A stretch of 64,000 nucleotides of DNA from an uncultured Candidatus Saccharibacteria bacterium (lineage in GTDB: Bacteria > Patescibacteriota > Saccharimonadia > Saccharimonadales > JAUPVS01), in contig CAYPFM010000002.1 in NCBI GenBank assembly GCA_964410185.1, positions 6,047 to 70,046 on the forward strand, written 5' to 3'. The stretch's first letter is position 1. Each line of letters starts with the position of its first letter. Position numbers and translations under genes: made by a program. The notes under the pieces are model-generated. The model searched no databases, was not told where the DNA came from, and was given only the letters and a program-made list of their open reading frames with translations. Of this stretch, positions 1-7,589 are shown piece by piece.

Positions 1-1293
1 CAGCTGACTGACTTGGTGATTATCGTCGTAGCCGCCGATGATGGCCTGAAGCCCCAGACTCTCGAAGCCATCCGCTTTGCCCGCAAGGCTGGTGTCAAGA
101 TGATCGTCGCCGTCAATAAGATTGATAAAGAAGGCGCCGACGTCAACCGCATCAAACAACAGCTGTCCGAACAAGACTTACTGATTGAAGAGTGGGGTGG
201 TGACACGGTGGTGGTTGAAGTTTCGGCCAAGACCAAGCAGAACATCGACCAACTCTTAGACATGGTCTTGCTCGTCGCTGACGTTGAAGACCTCAAGGCT
301 GACTACGATGGTCCGGCCCGTGGTCTGATTATTGAAGCTCACATGGAAACCGGTCGCGGCCCAGTCGCCGAAGCCTTGGTTACCCAAGGAACCCTCAAGC
401 CAGGTGACTTTGTAGTGGCTGGCACGGCCTACGGCAAGATTCGGAATTTAGACGGAACAGACAAACAGCCAATCAAAACAGCCACTCCGTCGACCCCTGT
501 TGTCATGAGTGGCTTCAAGGAACTCCCGGAGTTTGGTGATGAATTTGTGGCTGTCGCCAACGAGAAGATTGCCCGCACCCAGGTTGAAACCAACAAGCAG
601 CTTAAGAAGACCGGCAGCAACAACCAGATGAGCAGCGGGGAATTACTGCGGGTGATTAACCGTAGCAACGAACTACAGGAGCTGAACGTTATTATTAAGG
701 CTGACGTACAAGGGTCGCTGACCTCTGTTATTGACAGCCTCAAGACGCTCGATACTGATGAAGTCGCCATCCGCGTGGTTAGCTCTGGTGTCGGCGCTGT
801 CAACGAGAACGACCTCCACCTGGCCCACAGTAGTGGCGCTTTGGTGTACGGCTTTAACGTCTCGGTTCCAACCAACATTAAGCAAACTGCCGCCCGCGAC
901 AAGATCAGCCTGCGCCTCTTCCACGTTATTTATGAACTGATTGATGATGCCAAGACCGCCCTGAGCGAAATGCTGCGACCCCAGATTGTCGAAACCGACC
1001 TCGGTCGTTTGGTCGTGAAGGGTGTCTTTGCTACCACTAAAACAGAGGTTATCTGCGGTGGTGAAGTAACCAAGGGCAAGCTAGAGCTGCCAGCCTTGGC
1101 GCGCGTGATGCGTGGTGATGAGCAGCTGGCCGAGGTTGAAGTGACCAACCTCAAGCGTGGCCCGCAGGATGCCAAAGAAGTGGTTGAAGGTGAAATGTGT
1201 GGCATGAGCCTCAAGACTACCAGTAAGCTGTTGGTAGAAGAGGGCGACCGAATTGAACTCTTCCGCCGCGAAACTGTTCACCGCAAGCTCTAA
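1..1293 (+). CDS. infB: Translation initiation factor IF-2, C-terminal ~430 aa (5' end lies off-window)
   Basis: Frame is open from base 1. Contains the end of the GTPase domain (NKIDK) and the IF-2 domain II/C1/C2 pattern (GPVAEALVTQGTLKPGD, IIKADVQGSL, VTNLKRGPQDAKEV). Confidence 0.9.
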   Translation, partial: QLTDLVIIVVAADDGLKPQTLEAIRFARKAGVKMIVAVNKIDKEGADVNRIKQQLSEQDLLIEEWGGDTVVVEVSAKTKQNIDQLLDMVLLVADVEDLKADYDGPARGLIIEAHMETGRGPVAEALVTQGTLKPGDFVVAGTAYGKIRNLDGTDKQPIKTATPSTPVVMSGFKELPEFGDEFVAVANEKIARTQVETNKQLKKTGSNNQMSSGELLRVINRSNELQELNVIIKADVQGSLTSVIDSLKTLDTDEVAIRVVSSGVGAVNENDLHLAHSSGALVYGFNVSVPTNIKQTAARDKISLRLFHVIYELIDDAKTALSEMLRPQIVETDLGRLVVKGVFATTKTEVICGGEVTKGKLELPALARVMRGDEQLAEVEVTNLKRGPQDAKEVVEGEMCGMSLKTTSKLLVEEGDRIELFRRETVHRKL

Positions 1294-1304
1294 CAGGAGT
1301 GACT

Positions 1305-1499
1305 ATGGACATTGACCCCAATCCACCGCAGTCTCTGGCCGAAATTATTCAACAACGCATGGATGCTGATGCTACCGCCGCCGTGGGGCGCGAACGCCAA
1401 GCAGTTCGCTATCGCCGAGCGGTACGAAACGGTGTGGTGGCGGGGCTACTAGTGATGTTATTGGTTGGTTTGAGCTTTTTGCTTAAATCACTGATTTAA
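1305..1499 (+). CDS. Small hypothetical membrane protein (64 aa)
   Basis: AGGAG lies 5 nt upstream of ATG 1305. C-terminal hydrophobic helix VVAGLLVMLLVGLSFLL. No family recognised. Confidence 0.5.
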   Translation: MDIDPNPPQSLAEIIQQRMDADATAAVGRERQAVRYRRAVRNGVVAGLLVMLLVGLSFLLKSLI

Positions 1500-1530
1500 T
1501 GCGGTACAATAGGAGTAAGGAGCACAAAAA

Positions 1531-1902
1531 ATGTTTAAACTAGACGACAATTTACTACAAGAACTCGGCCTCGGCACCTTGCCAGCTGTCGAAAAGAACA
1601 AGATGCTTGGTCATATCTATGAAACTCTCGAAATGCGTGTTGGTATGACATTGGCTCAACAGATGTCAGAAGACCAGCTCAAGGAGTTCGAAAGCTTCAT
1701 CGATAGTAACGACGAAGCCGGCGCACTGAAGTGGCTCGAAACCAATTTCCCTAACTACAAACAGGTTGTGGCCGATGAGCTAGAGAAGTTAAAGGTCGAA
1801 ATTAAGGCTGCCGCACCGCAGATTGTGGCCGCCGCTGCTCAACAACCAATTGCCCCACAGGCTCCAGCTGCTCCACAAGTACCTGATCAGCCCGCTGCCT
1901 AG
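1531..1902 (+). CDS. Hypothetical small helical protein with Ala/Pro/Gln-rich tail (DUF5663-like, from memory)
   Basis: AAGGAG lies upstream. 123 aa, with N-terminus MFKLDDNLLQELGL..EKNKML and a low-complexity C-terminus AAPQIVAAAAQQPIAPQAPAAPQVP. Confidence 0.6.
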   Translation: MFKLDDNLLQELGLGTLPAVEKNKMLGHIYETLEMRVGMTLAQQMSEDQLKEFESFIDSNDEAGALKWLETNFPNYKQVVADELEKLKVEIKAAAPQIVAAAAQQPIAPQAPAAPQVPDQPAA

Positions 1903-1903
1903 T

Positions 1904-2059
1904 ATGGCTATCAAACCTGTTTGTGACCAGTGTGGCCAAGAGCTGCAAGACTTTGGTGCCATTGTATTAAGTCCACCCGACGAAAAAAGCCAGGTACGCA
2001 AGTTTCATCTCTGTAAAGATTGCTATCAGAAGCTAGAGTTTGTTGGCGTAGCCAGCTAG
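1904..2059 (+). CDS. Small zinc-ribbon-like protein (51 aa)
   Basis: ATG lies 2 nt after the upstream stop. Two CxxC pairs (CDQC, CKDC). Its 3' end overlaps the convergent fmt 3' end by 27 bp. Confidence 0.5.
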   Translation: MAIKPVCDQCGQELQDFGAIVLSPPDEKSQVRKFHLCKDCYQKLEFVGVAS

Positions 2060-2962
2060 GAAGCCTTCGACCGTCATCTCGGCTTTTCCAGCCGGTTTGA
2101 GCTTGTCGATGGCCAATGACTGCTCACCGGTGCCAATAATCAATTGTTTGGCTTCTACGAGGGTCTGGCCGGGTTTTAGTTGGTGGTCGGTAACGTGTGC
2201 TTGGGTGATAACAACCTCTTTGCCGGCCAGTTCGGTGCGACTTTGGGGCCAGCCAGTGAAGGCGCGGATTTCACGCTCTAACTGTTGGGCTGGCTTTTCC
2301 CAGTCGATAATGCCGTCTGCTTTGGTGAGTTTTCGAGAGTAGCTGGGTTGTTTTTGGATGGTCATCATGGCCGAGACTTCTTCCTGGGAGCGGGGGACGC
2401 ATTGGCCGTCGAGGTAGGCGGGCAGAATCTCTGTTAATAACGCATCACTGAGCAGAATCAGGTCCTCGGTTAGAACAGGGGTGGTGATGTCTTTGGGCAT
2501 GTCATAGATGCCCTGGGCCAGGAGTGGCCCCTCATCCATTTTTTCAACGATGAGCATCAAGCTGACCCCTGTTTGCTCCTGGCCGGATAGCACGCTGAAG
2601 GTAATGGGGTCGGCACCCCGCCATTCTGGTAACAGGGAGAAGTGGCTGTTGACGATGCCAAAGGGGAAGTAGTCGATGACAGCCTGACTGATGATGATGC
2701 CGTAGTCGATAACGATACCAACTTCGCTGCTGACAGGTTTATTGGCAAAAACCTCGTCCAACTCCTGCTTGTCACGGGTAAGCAAGGTTTTGAGGCCAAG
2801 TTTTTCGGCTAATTCCAAAACCGGCACGGCACCACGATGATGTTCAGCGCGTGGTTTGGTCACCACGGCCTCAATCGTAAAATTTTTGTTCAATAATTCT
2901 AGCGACTTGGCAGCGACTGGACCGCTACCAAAGAAGACGATTGTCTTTGATGTCTTTGTCAT
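2033..2962 (-). CDS. fmt: Methionyl-tRNA formyltransferase
   Basis: N-terminus TIVFFGSGPVAAKSLELL, catalytic SHFSLLPEWRGADPI, and a C-terminal domain. ATG 2962 was chosen because the longer ORF-track start (3142) would run through def. Confidence 0.9.
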   Translation of the reverse strand: MTKTSKTIVFFGSGPVAAKSLELLNKNFTIEAVVTKPRAEHHRGAVPVLELAEKLGLKTLLTRDKQELDEVFANKPVSSEVGIVIDYGIIISQAVIDYFPFGIVNSHFSLLPEWRGADPITFSVLSGQEQTGVSLMLIVEKMDEGPLLAQGIYDMPKDITTPVLTEDLILLSDALLTEILPAYLDGQCVPRSQEEVSAMMTIQKQPSYSRKLTKADGIIDWEKPAQQLEREIRAFTGWPQSRTELAGKEVVITQAHVTDHQLKPGQTLVEAKQLIIGTGEQSLAIDKLKPAGKAEMTVEGFLAGYANKL

Positions 2963-3503
2963 AGTCGAGCGGCTCCAGTTTGCCGTGTTCGTTAAGTTTA
3001 TAGAAAGCTTCGGGTATGTCTTTGATGTGATCGATGAAGACTTTGCCTTTGGTATGATCGATTTCGTGCTGGAAGACGCGGGCCAGAAAGCCTTCGGCGG
3101 TGACGCGGAACTCGCGACCGTTGATATCTTGGGCTTTGACACGGACTTTGCTGTACCGGCTTACCTTGCCGTAGATATCTTTGATGCTCAGGCAGCCCTC
3201 GAAGTCTTCAACCTGCTCGCCTTCGAATTTGGTGATCTCGGGGTTAATAAAAACCTGAAATGAGCGATCGTTCTTGTCGTCAAAGTTACTACGGACGACC
3301 ACGACTCGGTACAATTGGTCGATCTGAACAGCGGCCAGGGCCACGCCAACTTCATGATCACGGCTGTCTTCCCAATCCAAAGTCGCCGCTTCCATGTTGT
3401 TAATAAGACTTTTTATCTCGTCGGTAACGAGCCCAACTTTGCGTGATGGCTGACGTAAGTGGTCGTTGGGCAGAGTAATAATTGTGTCTTTGGGTGTTTT
3501 CAT
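2925..3503 (-). CDS. def: Peptide deformylase
   Basis: All three PDF motifs are present: GVALAAVQ, EGCLS and QHEIDH. Confidence 0.92.
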   Translation of the reverse strand: MKTPKDTIITLPNDHLRQPSRKVGLVTDEIKSLINNMEAATLDWEDSRDHEVGVALAAVQIDQLYRVVVVRSNFDDKNDRSFQVFINPEITKFEGEQVEDFEGCLSIKDIYGKVSRYSKVRVKAQDINGREFRVTAEGFLARVFQHEIDHTKGKVFIDHIKDIPEAFYKLNEHGKLEPLDYDKDIKDNRLLW

Positions 3504-3511
3504 TACCGAAT

Positions 3512-3520
3512 AGTATATCA
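3512..3520 (-). promoter_or_regulatory. Extended -10 promoter of def-fmt
   Basis: The minus strand reads TGaTATACT. The ATG (3503) lies 8 nt downstream. Confidence 0.5.
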
Positions 3521-3535
3521 GATAGGTTCATTGGC

Positions 3536-3592
3536 TATAACCTCTGGCTGCGGCTTCGGCCTGTCGGCCTGCAGATGCAGCCAGAGGTTATA
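3536..3592 (-). repeat. Conserved-core hairpin repeat, copy R1 (core on + strand)
   Basis: A perfect 16-bp outer stem TATAACCTCTGGCTGC/GCAGCCAGAGGTTATA encloses the core GGCTTCGGCCTGTCGGCCTGCAGAT. Confidence 0.8.
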
Positions 3593-3659
3593 CCCAAGAA
3601 CCCCTCCGCACACCCTGGATAACAACACCCAAAGACTTAATTAGATGAACGTTCGGTAA

Positions 3660-3735
3660 GGGGCTGCTTGTTATGGAGTACTGCATCTGCAGACCCTTGA
3701 GGTCGAAGCCGCAGTGCGAGGTGACAAGCAGCCCC
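3660..3735 (-). repeat. Conserved-core hairpin repeat, copy R2 (core on - strand), abutting the priA stop codon
   Basis: Outer stem GGGGCTGCTTGT/ACAAGCAGCCCC. The core is CTGCATCTGCAG..GTCGAAGCCGCAG. The innermost stem is changed in a compensatory way (GACC/GGTC instead of GGCC/GGCC). Confidence 0.75.
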
Positions 3736-5670
3736 TTAGAGTAGGTTCAGCGGATCCAGGTCATGGGTCCAGTTGGCTGGCAGCAGGGGTAACACCTTCA
3801 GTAACTCCTTGCGATCCTTGGCCTTGATGACCAGTTGCCACTGGTATTTGCCACCGACTTTTTCGTAGAAGCTGGGGGTGGGGCCAATTACCTCGATGCG
3901 GAGGCCACTGGATTGGAGTTTGTCGACCAGTGTTTGGGCGGCAGACCGAGCGCTGGCTGAGGTGGCGCGGGCACAGCTGAGCTTGAGACAGTGATAGAAG
4001 GGCGGGAAGCCGTAGTCTTTTCTTTCTTTGAGTTGGTACTGGTAGAAGTCATCCCAATCTTGGGCGACGGCGGCCTTAATGGGCGGGCTGTCGGGGGCGT
4101 AGCTCTGGATGATGACGGTGCCACCGATGTGGCCGCGGCCGACACGGCCGATGACCTGGGTGAGTAGTTGGTAGGTTTGTTCTTCGGCGGTGTAGTCGGG
4201 GAAGTACAGCCCAGAGTCGGCCACCACTACGCCCACAAGAGTCAATCGGGGCAGGTCGAGCCCTTTAGCTAGCATCTGAGTGCCCACCAAGATGTCGACA
4301 TCACCACTGGTGACGGCCTGATAGTTTTGCTCCAGACTTTCGGATTTGAGGTTGTCGGTGTCGAAGCGTTGGATGCGAGCCTGAGGGAAGGTCTTGGCCA
4401 GTTCGGTGGTCAGTGACTTGGTGCCAACGCCTTTAAAGATCAGGTCGGTGCCCTGACAGACCGGGCAACTGCTGGGAACATTGTCGGTAAAGCCACAGGT
4501 ATGGCAGCGCAGGCGATGGTGGTCACCGTGGAAGGTCAGGGGCAGGTCGCAGTTGGGGCAGGTGGCCTGCCAGCCACAGGTCTGACAGAGTACCAACCGA
4601 GCCGTGCCGCGCCGGTTTAACAAGATGAGAATCTGTTGTTTGGCGTTCAGTGTCTTTTGTACCTCTGTTAGTAGCTTATTCGACAGGTGTGGGTGCGTCG
4701 AAAATTCGTCTCTGTCTTTGAGGTCGACCACGACGATGTTCTTGTCGGTGTGCTCTCCGGCCGGTCGATCAGTTAGGCGGATAATCGGCACCTTCTTGGC
4801 TTCGGCCAAGGCGTATTCACCCACCGGTGGAGTAGCTGTTCCCAATACCAGCCTGGCCTTATGCAGGTGAGCCAGCTGTGAGGCCACGCGCAAAGCCTGG
4901 TAGTACGGCGCCTGTTCCTGTTTGTAGGCGTTGTCGTGGGCTTCGTCGACGACAATCAGGCCGAGGTTCTTAACAGGAGTAAAAAGGGCTGAACGGGGCC
5001 CAATAATGACGACTGGCCCGGTGGCTTGCAAGATCTGCAGCCAAACTGTTCGTCGCTGGGCGGGCGAGAGCTGCGAGTGCACCACAATAACAGGGAAGGC
5101 CAGACTGTCACGAACGCGTTGCTCGAGCTGCGGGGTCAGGCCGATTTCGGGAGTTAACAGCATGACTGAACGCCCTTTTTGCAGCTCCTGCTGGGCCAGC
5201 TCAAGGTATACGCGGGTTTTACCGGTACCGGTGTCACCGTGGAGCAGGTAGGTACCAGGCTGGTTCATCTGCTGGACGGCTGCAGCCTGTTGCGGGATGA
5301 GGGGTGGCATTGGTGTGGGCTGCAGGCTGGCGCTGGGCGGGACGGCGTCGGCGATGTCACGCTTGCGGAGCAAGCTACTGGGTAGCAGGATTTGGGCCAG
5401 TATCCCCAAGGGAGCCGGGTAATAGTGGCGCAACCAATCGAGGAGGGCCAGGGTTTCGGTGGGGACCGGCTGGGTGGTGACGACTTTGTTGATCGGTTTG
5501 GTAGCGAAGGAGGGCTTGCCAACTTCTTTCAGCACAACGCCAACGACTGGCTTATTCCTCAGTGGAACGACCACGATTGAGCCCACTGGCAGCACATTAT
5601 CAGACAGGTAGGTGAGCGGTTCCTTCCCATGAAATTGCTGAGAGCTGACTAAAACCTCGTAGAAGTGCAT
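3736..5670 (-). CDS. priA: Primosomal protein N' (replication restart helicase PriA)
   Basis: Walker A GDTGTGKT, DEAH box VVDEAHD, and a Cys-rich zinc region CQTCGWQATCPNC..CHTCG..CPVC. ATG 5670 is preferred over TTG 5697 (see the TATAAT-N6-ATG feature). Confidence 0.9.
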   Translation of the reverse strand: MHFYEVLVSSQQFHGKEPLTYLSDNVLPVGSIVVVPLRNKPVVGVVLKEVGKPSFATKPINKVVTTQPVPTETLALLDWLRHYYPAPLGILAQILLPSSLLRKRDIADAVPPSASLQPTPMPPLIPQQAAAVQQMNQPGTYLLHGDTGTGKTRVYLELAQQELQKGRSVMLLTPEIGLTPQLEQRVRDSLAFPVIVVHSQLSPAQRRTVWLQILQATGPVVIIGPRSALFTPVKNLGLIVVDEAHDNAYKQEQAPYYQALRVASQLAHLHKARLVLGTATPPVGEYALAEAKKVPIIRLTDRPAGEHTDKNIVVVDLKDRDEFSTHPHLSNKLLTEVQKTLNAKQQILILLNRRGTARLVLCQTCGWQATCPNCDLPLTFHGDHHRLRCHTCGFTDNVPSSCPVCQGTDLIFKGVGTKSLTTELAKTFPQARIQRFDTDNLKSESLEQNYQAVTSGDVDILVGTQMLAKGLDLPRLTLVGVVVADSGLYFPDYTAEEQTYQLLTQVIGRVGRGHIGGTVIIQSYAPDSPPIKAAVAQDWDDFYQYQLKERKDYGFPPFYHCLKLSCARATSASARSAAQTLVDKLQSSGLRIEVIGPTPSFYEKVGGKYQWQLVIKAKDRKELLKVLPLLPANWTHDLDPLNLL

Positions 5671-5676
5671 ACCTCT

Positions 5677-5682
5677 ATTATA
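5677..5682 (-). promoter_or_regulatory. -10 element placed for a leaderless priA mRNA
   Basis: The minus strand reads TATAAT-AGAGGT-ATG, with exactly 6 nt of spacing. Confidence 0.45.
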
Positions 5683-5794
5683 GACCGTCGTTGTCAAAAG
5701 CTAGGTGTTGTAAAGTCGTACAATTGCGACTATACTCTTGTTTGTTAGGAGTGATTTGGACGTTGTCCGAATAACAATAAGCGGGAAAAACTGT

Positions 5795-6082
5795 ATGCTA
5801 GATGTGTTTATAACCTCTCGAGTCCGACGCAAGATCATTGTGGTCTATGCCAAGTACCCCGACTTTAAGACCCACGTCCGTGGCCTGGCCAAGCTTATCA
5901 AGGAAGACGCCGGCAACATCCAGCGTGAACTGAAGCGCCTGGAAAAGATTGGTTTCCTCATTAGCGAGAAGCAGGGAAACACCAAGATTTACCACACCAA
6001 CAAGCATTTTCCCATCTTTAAAGAATTACAAAGTATCGTCTTAAAGTCGCAGCGGTTGAACCAAAAGCGACAAAGCTCTTGA
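5795..6082 (+). CDS. Winged-helix (ArsR/MarR-like) transcriptional regulator, 95 aa
   Basis: MLDVFITSRVRRKIIVVY...LAKLIKEDAGNIQRELKRLEKIGFLISEKQGN fits an HTH plus wing pattern. It is divergent from priA. Confidence 0.6.
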   Translation: MLDVFITSRVRRKIIVVYAKYPDFKTHVRGLAKLIKEDAGNIQRELKRLEKIGFLISEKQGNTKIYHTNKHFPIFKELQSIVLKSQRLNQKRQSS

Positions 6083-6107
6083 AAAACTTTCCCTGTTAGG
6101 CTATACT
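6079..6107 (+). promoter_or_regulatory. Sigma70-like promoter of rpsU
   Basis: TTGAAA-N17-TATACT. The ATG lies 9 nt after the -10, so the leader is very short. Confidence 0.6.
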
Positions 6108-6116
6108 TTTACGGAT

Positions 6117-6332
6117 ATGATTCAAGTAACACGCAAAGATTCAAAAGAATCACTCGAAAACCTTCTACGCCGCTTCAACCGCAAGGTGCAGCAGTCTGGT
6201 GTTTTGAGCACTGTTAAGATGAACCAACGCTTTGAGAAGCCGATCAGCAAGCGCGATCGCCGTACCAAAGCTATCATCCGCAAACAGCGCAAGAACATCA
6301 AGATCAAGAAGATGAAGCTCGGCCAGAAGTAA
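6117..6332 (+). CDS. rpsU: 30S ribosomal protein S21
   Basis: 71 aa and highly basic. SLENLLRRFNRKVQQSGVL..KPISKRDRR is typical of bS21. Confidence 0.9.
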   Translation: MIQVTRKDSKESLENLLRRFNRKVQQSGVLSTVKMNQRFEKPISKRDRRTKAIIRKQRKNIKIKKMKLGQK

Positions 6333-6353
6333 ACTTCTTGTCGTGACAATGTG

Positions 6354-6378
6354 AACCGGCTGGTGGGCCGGTTTTTTC
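6354..6378 (+). terminator. Intrinsic terminator after rpsU
   Basis: A 7-bp stem AACCGGC/GCCGGTT with loop TGGTGG, then TTTTTT. Confidence 0.7.
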
Positions 6379-6384
6379 ATGTCC

Positions 6385-6543
6385 TTTTTGCTTGCTATGG
6401 TTTTTGGAGCACGAGTTAACGAGTTTTTAAGAATTCAGATTAATAGAGTTAAGAATGTTAACAGAGGTGGAATTCTTACATAAGTTAATCTGAATTCTTA
6501 CCTTTTGGTTAAGTGGCGCTCCAAAAACCATAGTAGACAAAAA
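6385..6543 (+). mobile_element. MITE-like palindromic element, copy 1 (~159 bp)
   Basis: Terminal inverted repeats TTTTTGCTTGCTATGGTTTTTGGAGCAC / G(C)GCTCCAAAAACCATAG.AGACAAAAA. Subterminal IR ATTCAGATTAA / TTAATCTGAAT. The interior is AT-rich. No ORF. Confidence 0.7.
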
Positions 6544-6597
6544 GGGGTGTAAACTAAGCTACCAAACCGCTCCCATCTCTGGTACACTTGGGGTGAA

Positions 6598-7050
6598 ATG
6601 ACAATAAAAGAGCAGATTGACCAAGACCTAAAGACAGCCATGCTGGCCGGTGATAGCCAGGCAGTATCTGTTTTGCGTGGGCTCAAGGGTGCTATCTTGA
6701 ACGTCGAAATCCAAAAGGGGACGCGCGAGCAGGGGCTGAGTGACGAAGAAGTTATCGCCGTCTTTACCAAGGAAGCCAAGAAGCGCCAAGAGAGTGCCGA
6801 GATGTACAAGCAGGGCAATAGCCCCGACAGGGCCAAGGCCGAAGAAGAGGAGAAGGCAATCATTGATAAATACTTGCCGCAGCAGTTATCTGACGCTGAT
6901 TTGGCTGTAATTGTTGATGAAGCCATTCTGGCAACAGGGGCGGCCGGGCCGCAGGCCATGGGACAGGTGATTGGCGCCGTTAAGGCTAAAACAGCCGGCC
7001 AGGCCGACGGAGGCCGCATCGCAGCGATGGTAAAGGAGAAGTTGGCATGA
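6598..7050 (+). CDS. GatB/YqeY domain-containing protein
   Basis: MTIKEQIDQDLKTAMLAGD..VLRGLKGAILN..YLPQQLSDADL is the typical YqeY pattern. Confidence 0.85.
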   Translation: MTIKEQIDQDLKTAMLAGDSQAVSVLRGLKGAILNVEIQKGTREQGLSDEEVIAVFTKEAKKRQESAEMYKQGNSPDRAKAEEEEKAIIDKYLPQQLSDADLAVIVDEAILATGAAGPQAMGQVIGAVKAKTAGQADGGRIAAMVKEKLA

Positions 7051-7583
7051 TTATCTTTATGGGTGTAGCTGGTAGTGGTAAGAGTTCACAGGGGCGACAA
7101 CTGGCCGACGAACGGGGCTTGCCGTGGCTTTCCACCGGTGAATTCCTGCGCATGATGATTGCCGGCGAAAAGCGCAAGGACATGCTGAACGGTAAGCTGT
7201 TGGGCGACGAAGAAATCATCACCATGGTACAGAAGATCTTCGCGGTCGTCGACACTGACGAAGAGTTCATTCTGGATGGCTTCCCACGCACCGAGGCTCA
7301 GGCCGATTGGTTGCTTAGCCAGGTCAAGTATGGGCAGCTGGATGTGTCGGCGGTGATTCACCTGCAGGCTTCCGAAGAAGTGGTGAGCAAGCGTCTGCTG
7401 AGTCGTGGTCGCCAAGATGACACCGAAGAGGCGATTCGCGAACGTTTTAACGAGTACGAGCAGGCTGTATTGCCAATTTTGGAGCACTTTAAGGCGGCTG
7501 GCATCAAGGTGATTGATATTAATGCCGACCAGCCAGTCGAAGAAGTTCATAAACTGATTGATGAAGCACTGAACCAGGCCTAA
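7047..7583 (+). CDS. adk: Adenylate kinase (short-lid form)
   Basis: P-loop GVAGSGKSS, DGFPRTEAQADWL, and a short lid RGRQDD..IRERF. Its start overlaps the upstream stop (ATGA). Confidence 0.8.
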   Translation: MIIFMGVAGSGKSSQGRQLADERGLPWLSTGEFLRMMIAGEKRKDMLNGKLLGDEEIITMVQKIFAVVDTDEEFILDGFPRTEAQADWLLSQVKYGQLDVSAVIHLQASEEVVSKRLLSRGRQDDTEEAIRERFNEYEQAVLPILEHFKAAGIKVIDINADQPVEEVHKLIDEALNQA

Positions 7584-7589
7584 GTAGGA

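Noticed and set aside
2963-3142. The 60-codon N-terminal extension of fmt suggested by the ORF track. The same applies to the 57-codon extension of nrdR (15997-16167) and the shorter extensions of rpsB, rplU, rpmE and the wHTH gene.
   Set aside because: The extensions overlap upstream genes or promoters and are low-complexity. They precede canonical family N-termini (TIVFFGSG, MKCNQC, MATTDV, MKKAVI, MKKDLHP, MLDVF), so internal ATGs were chosen.
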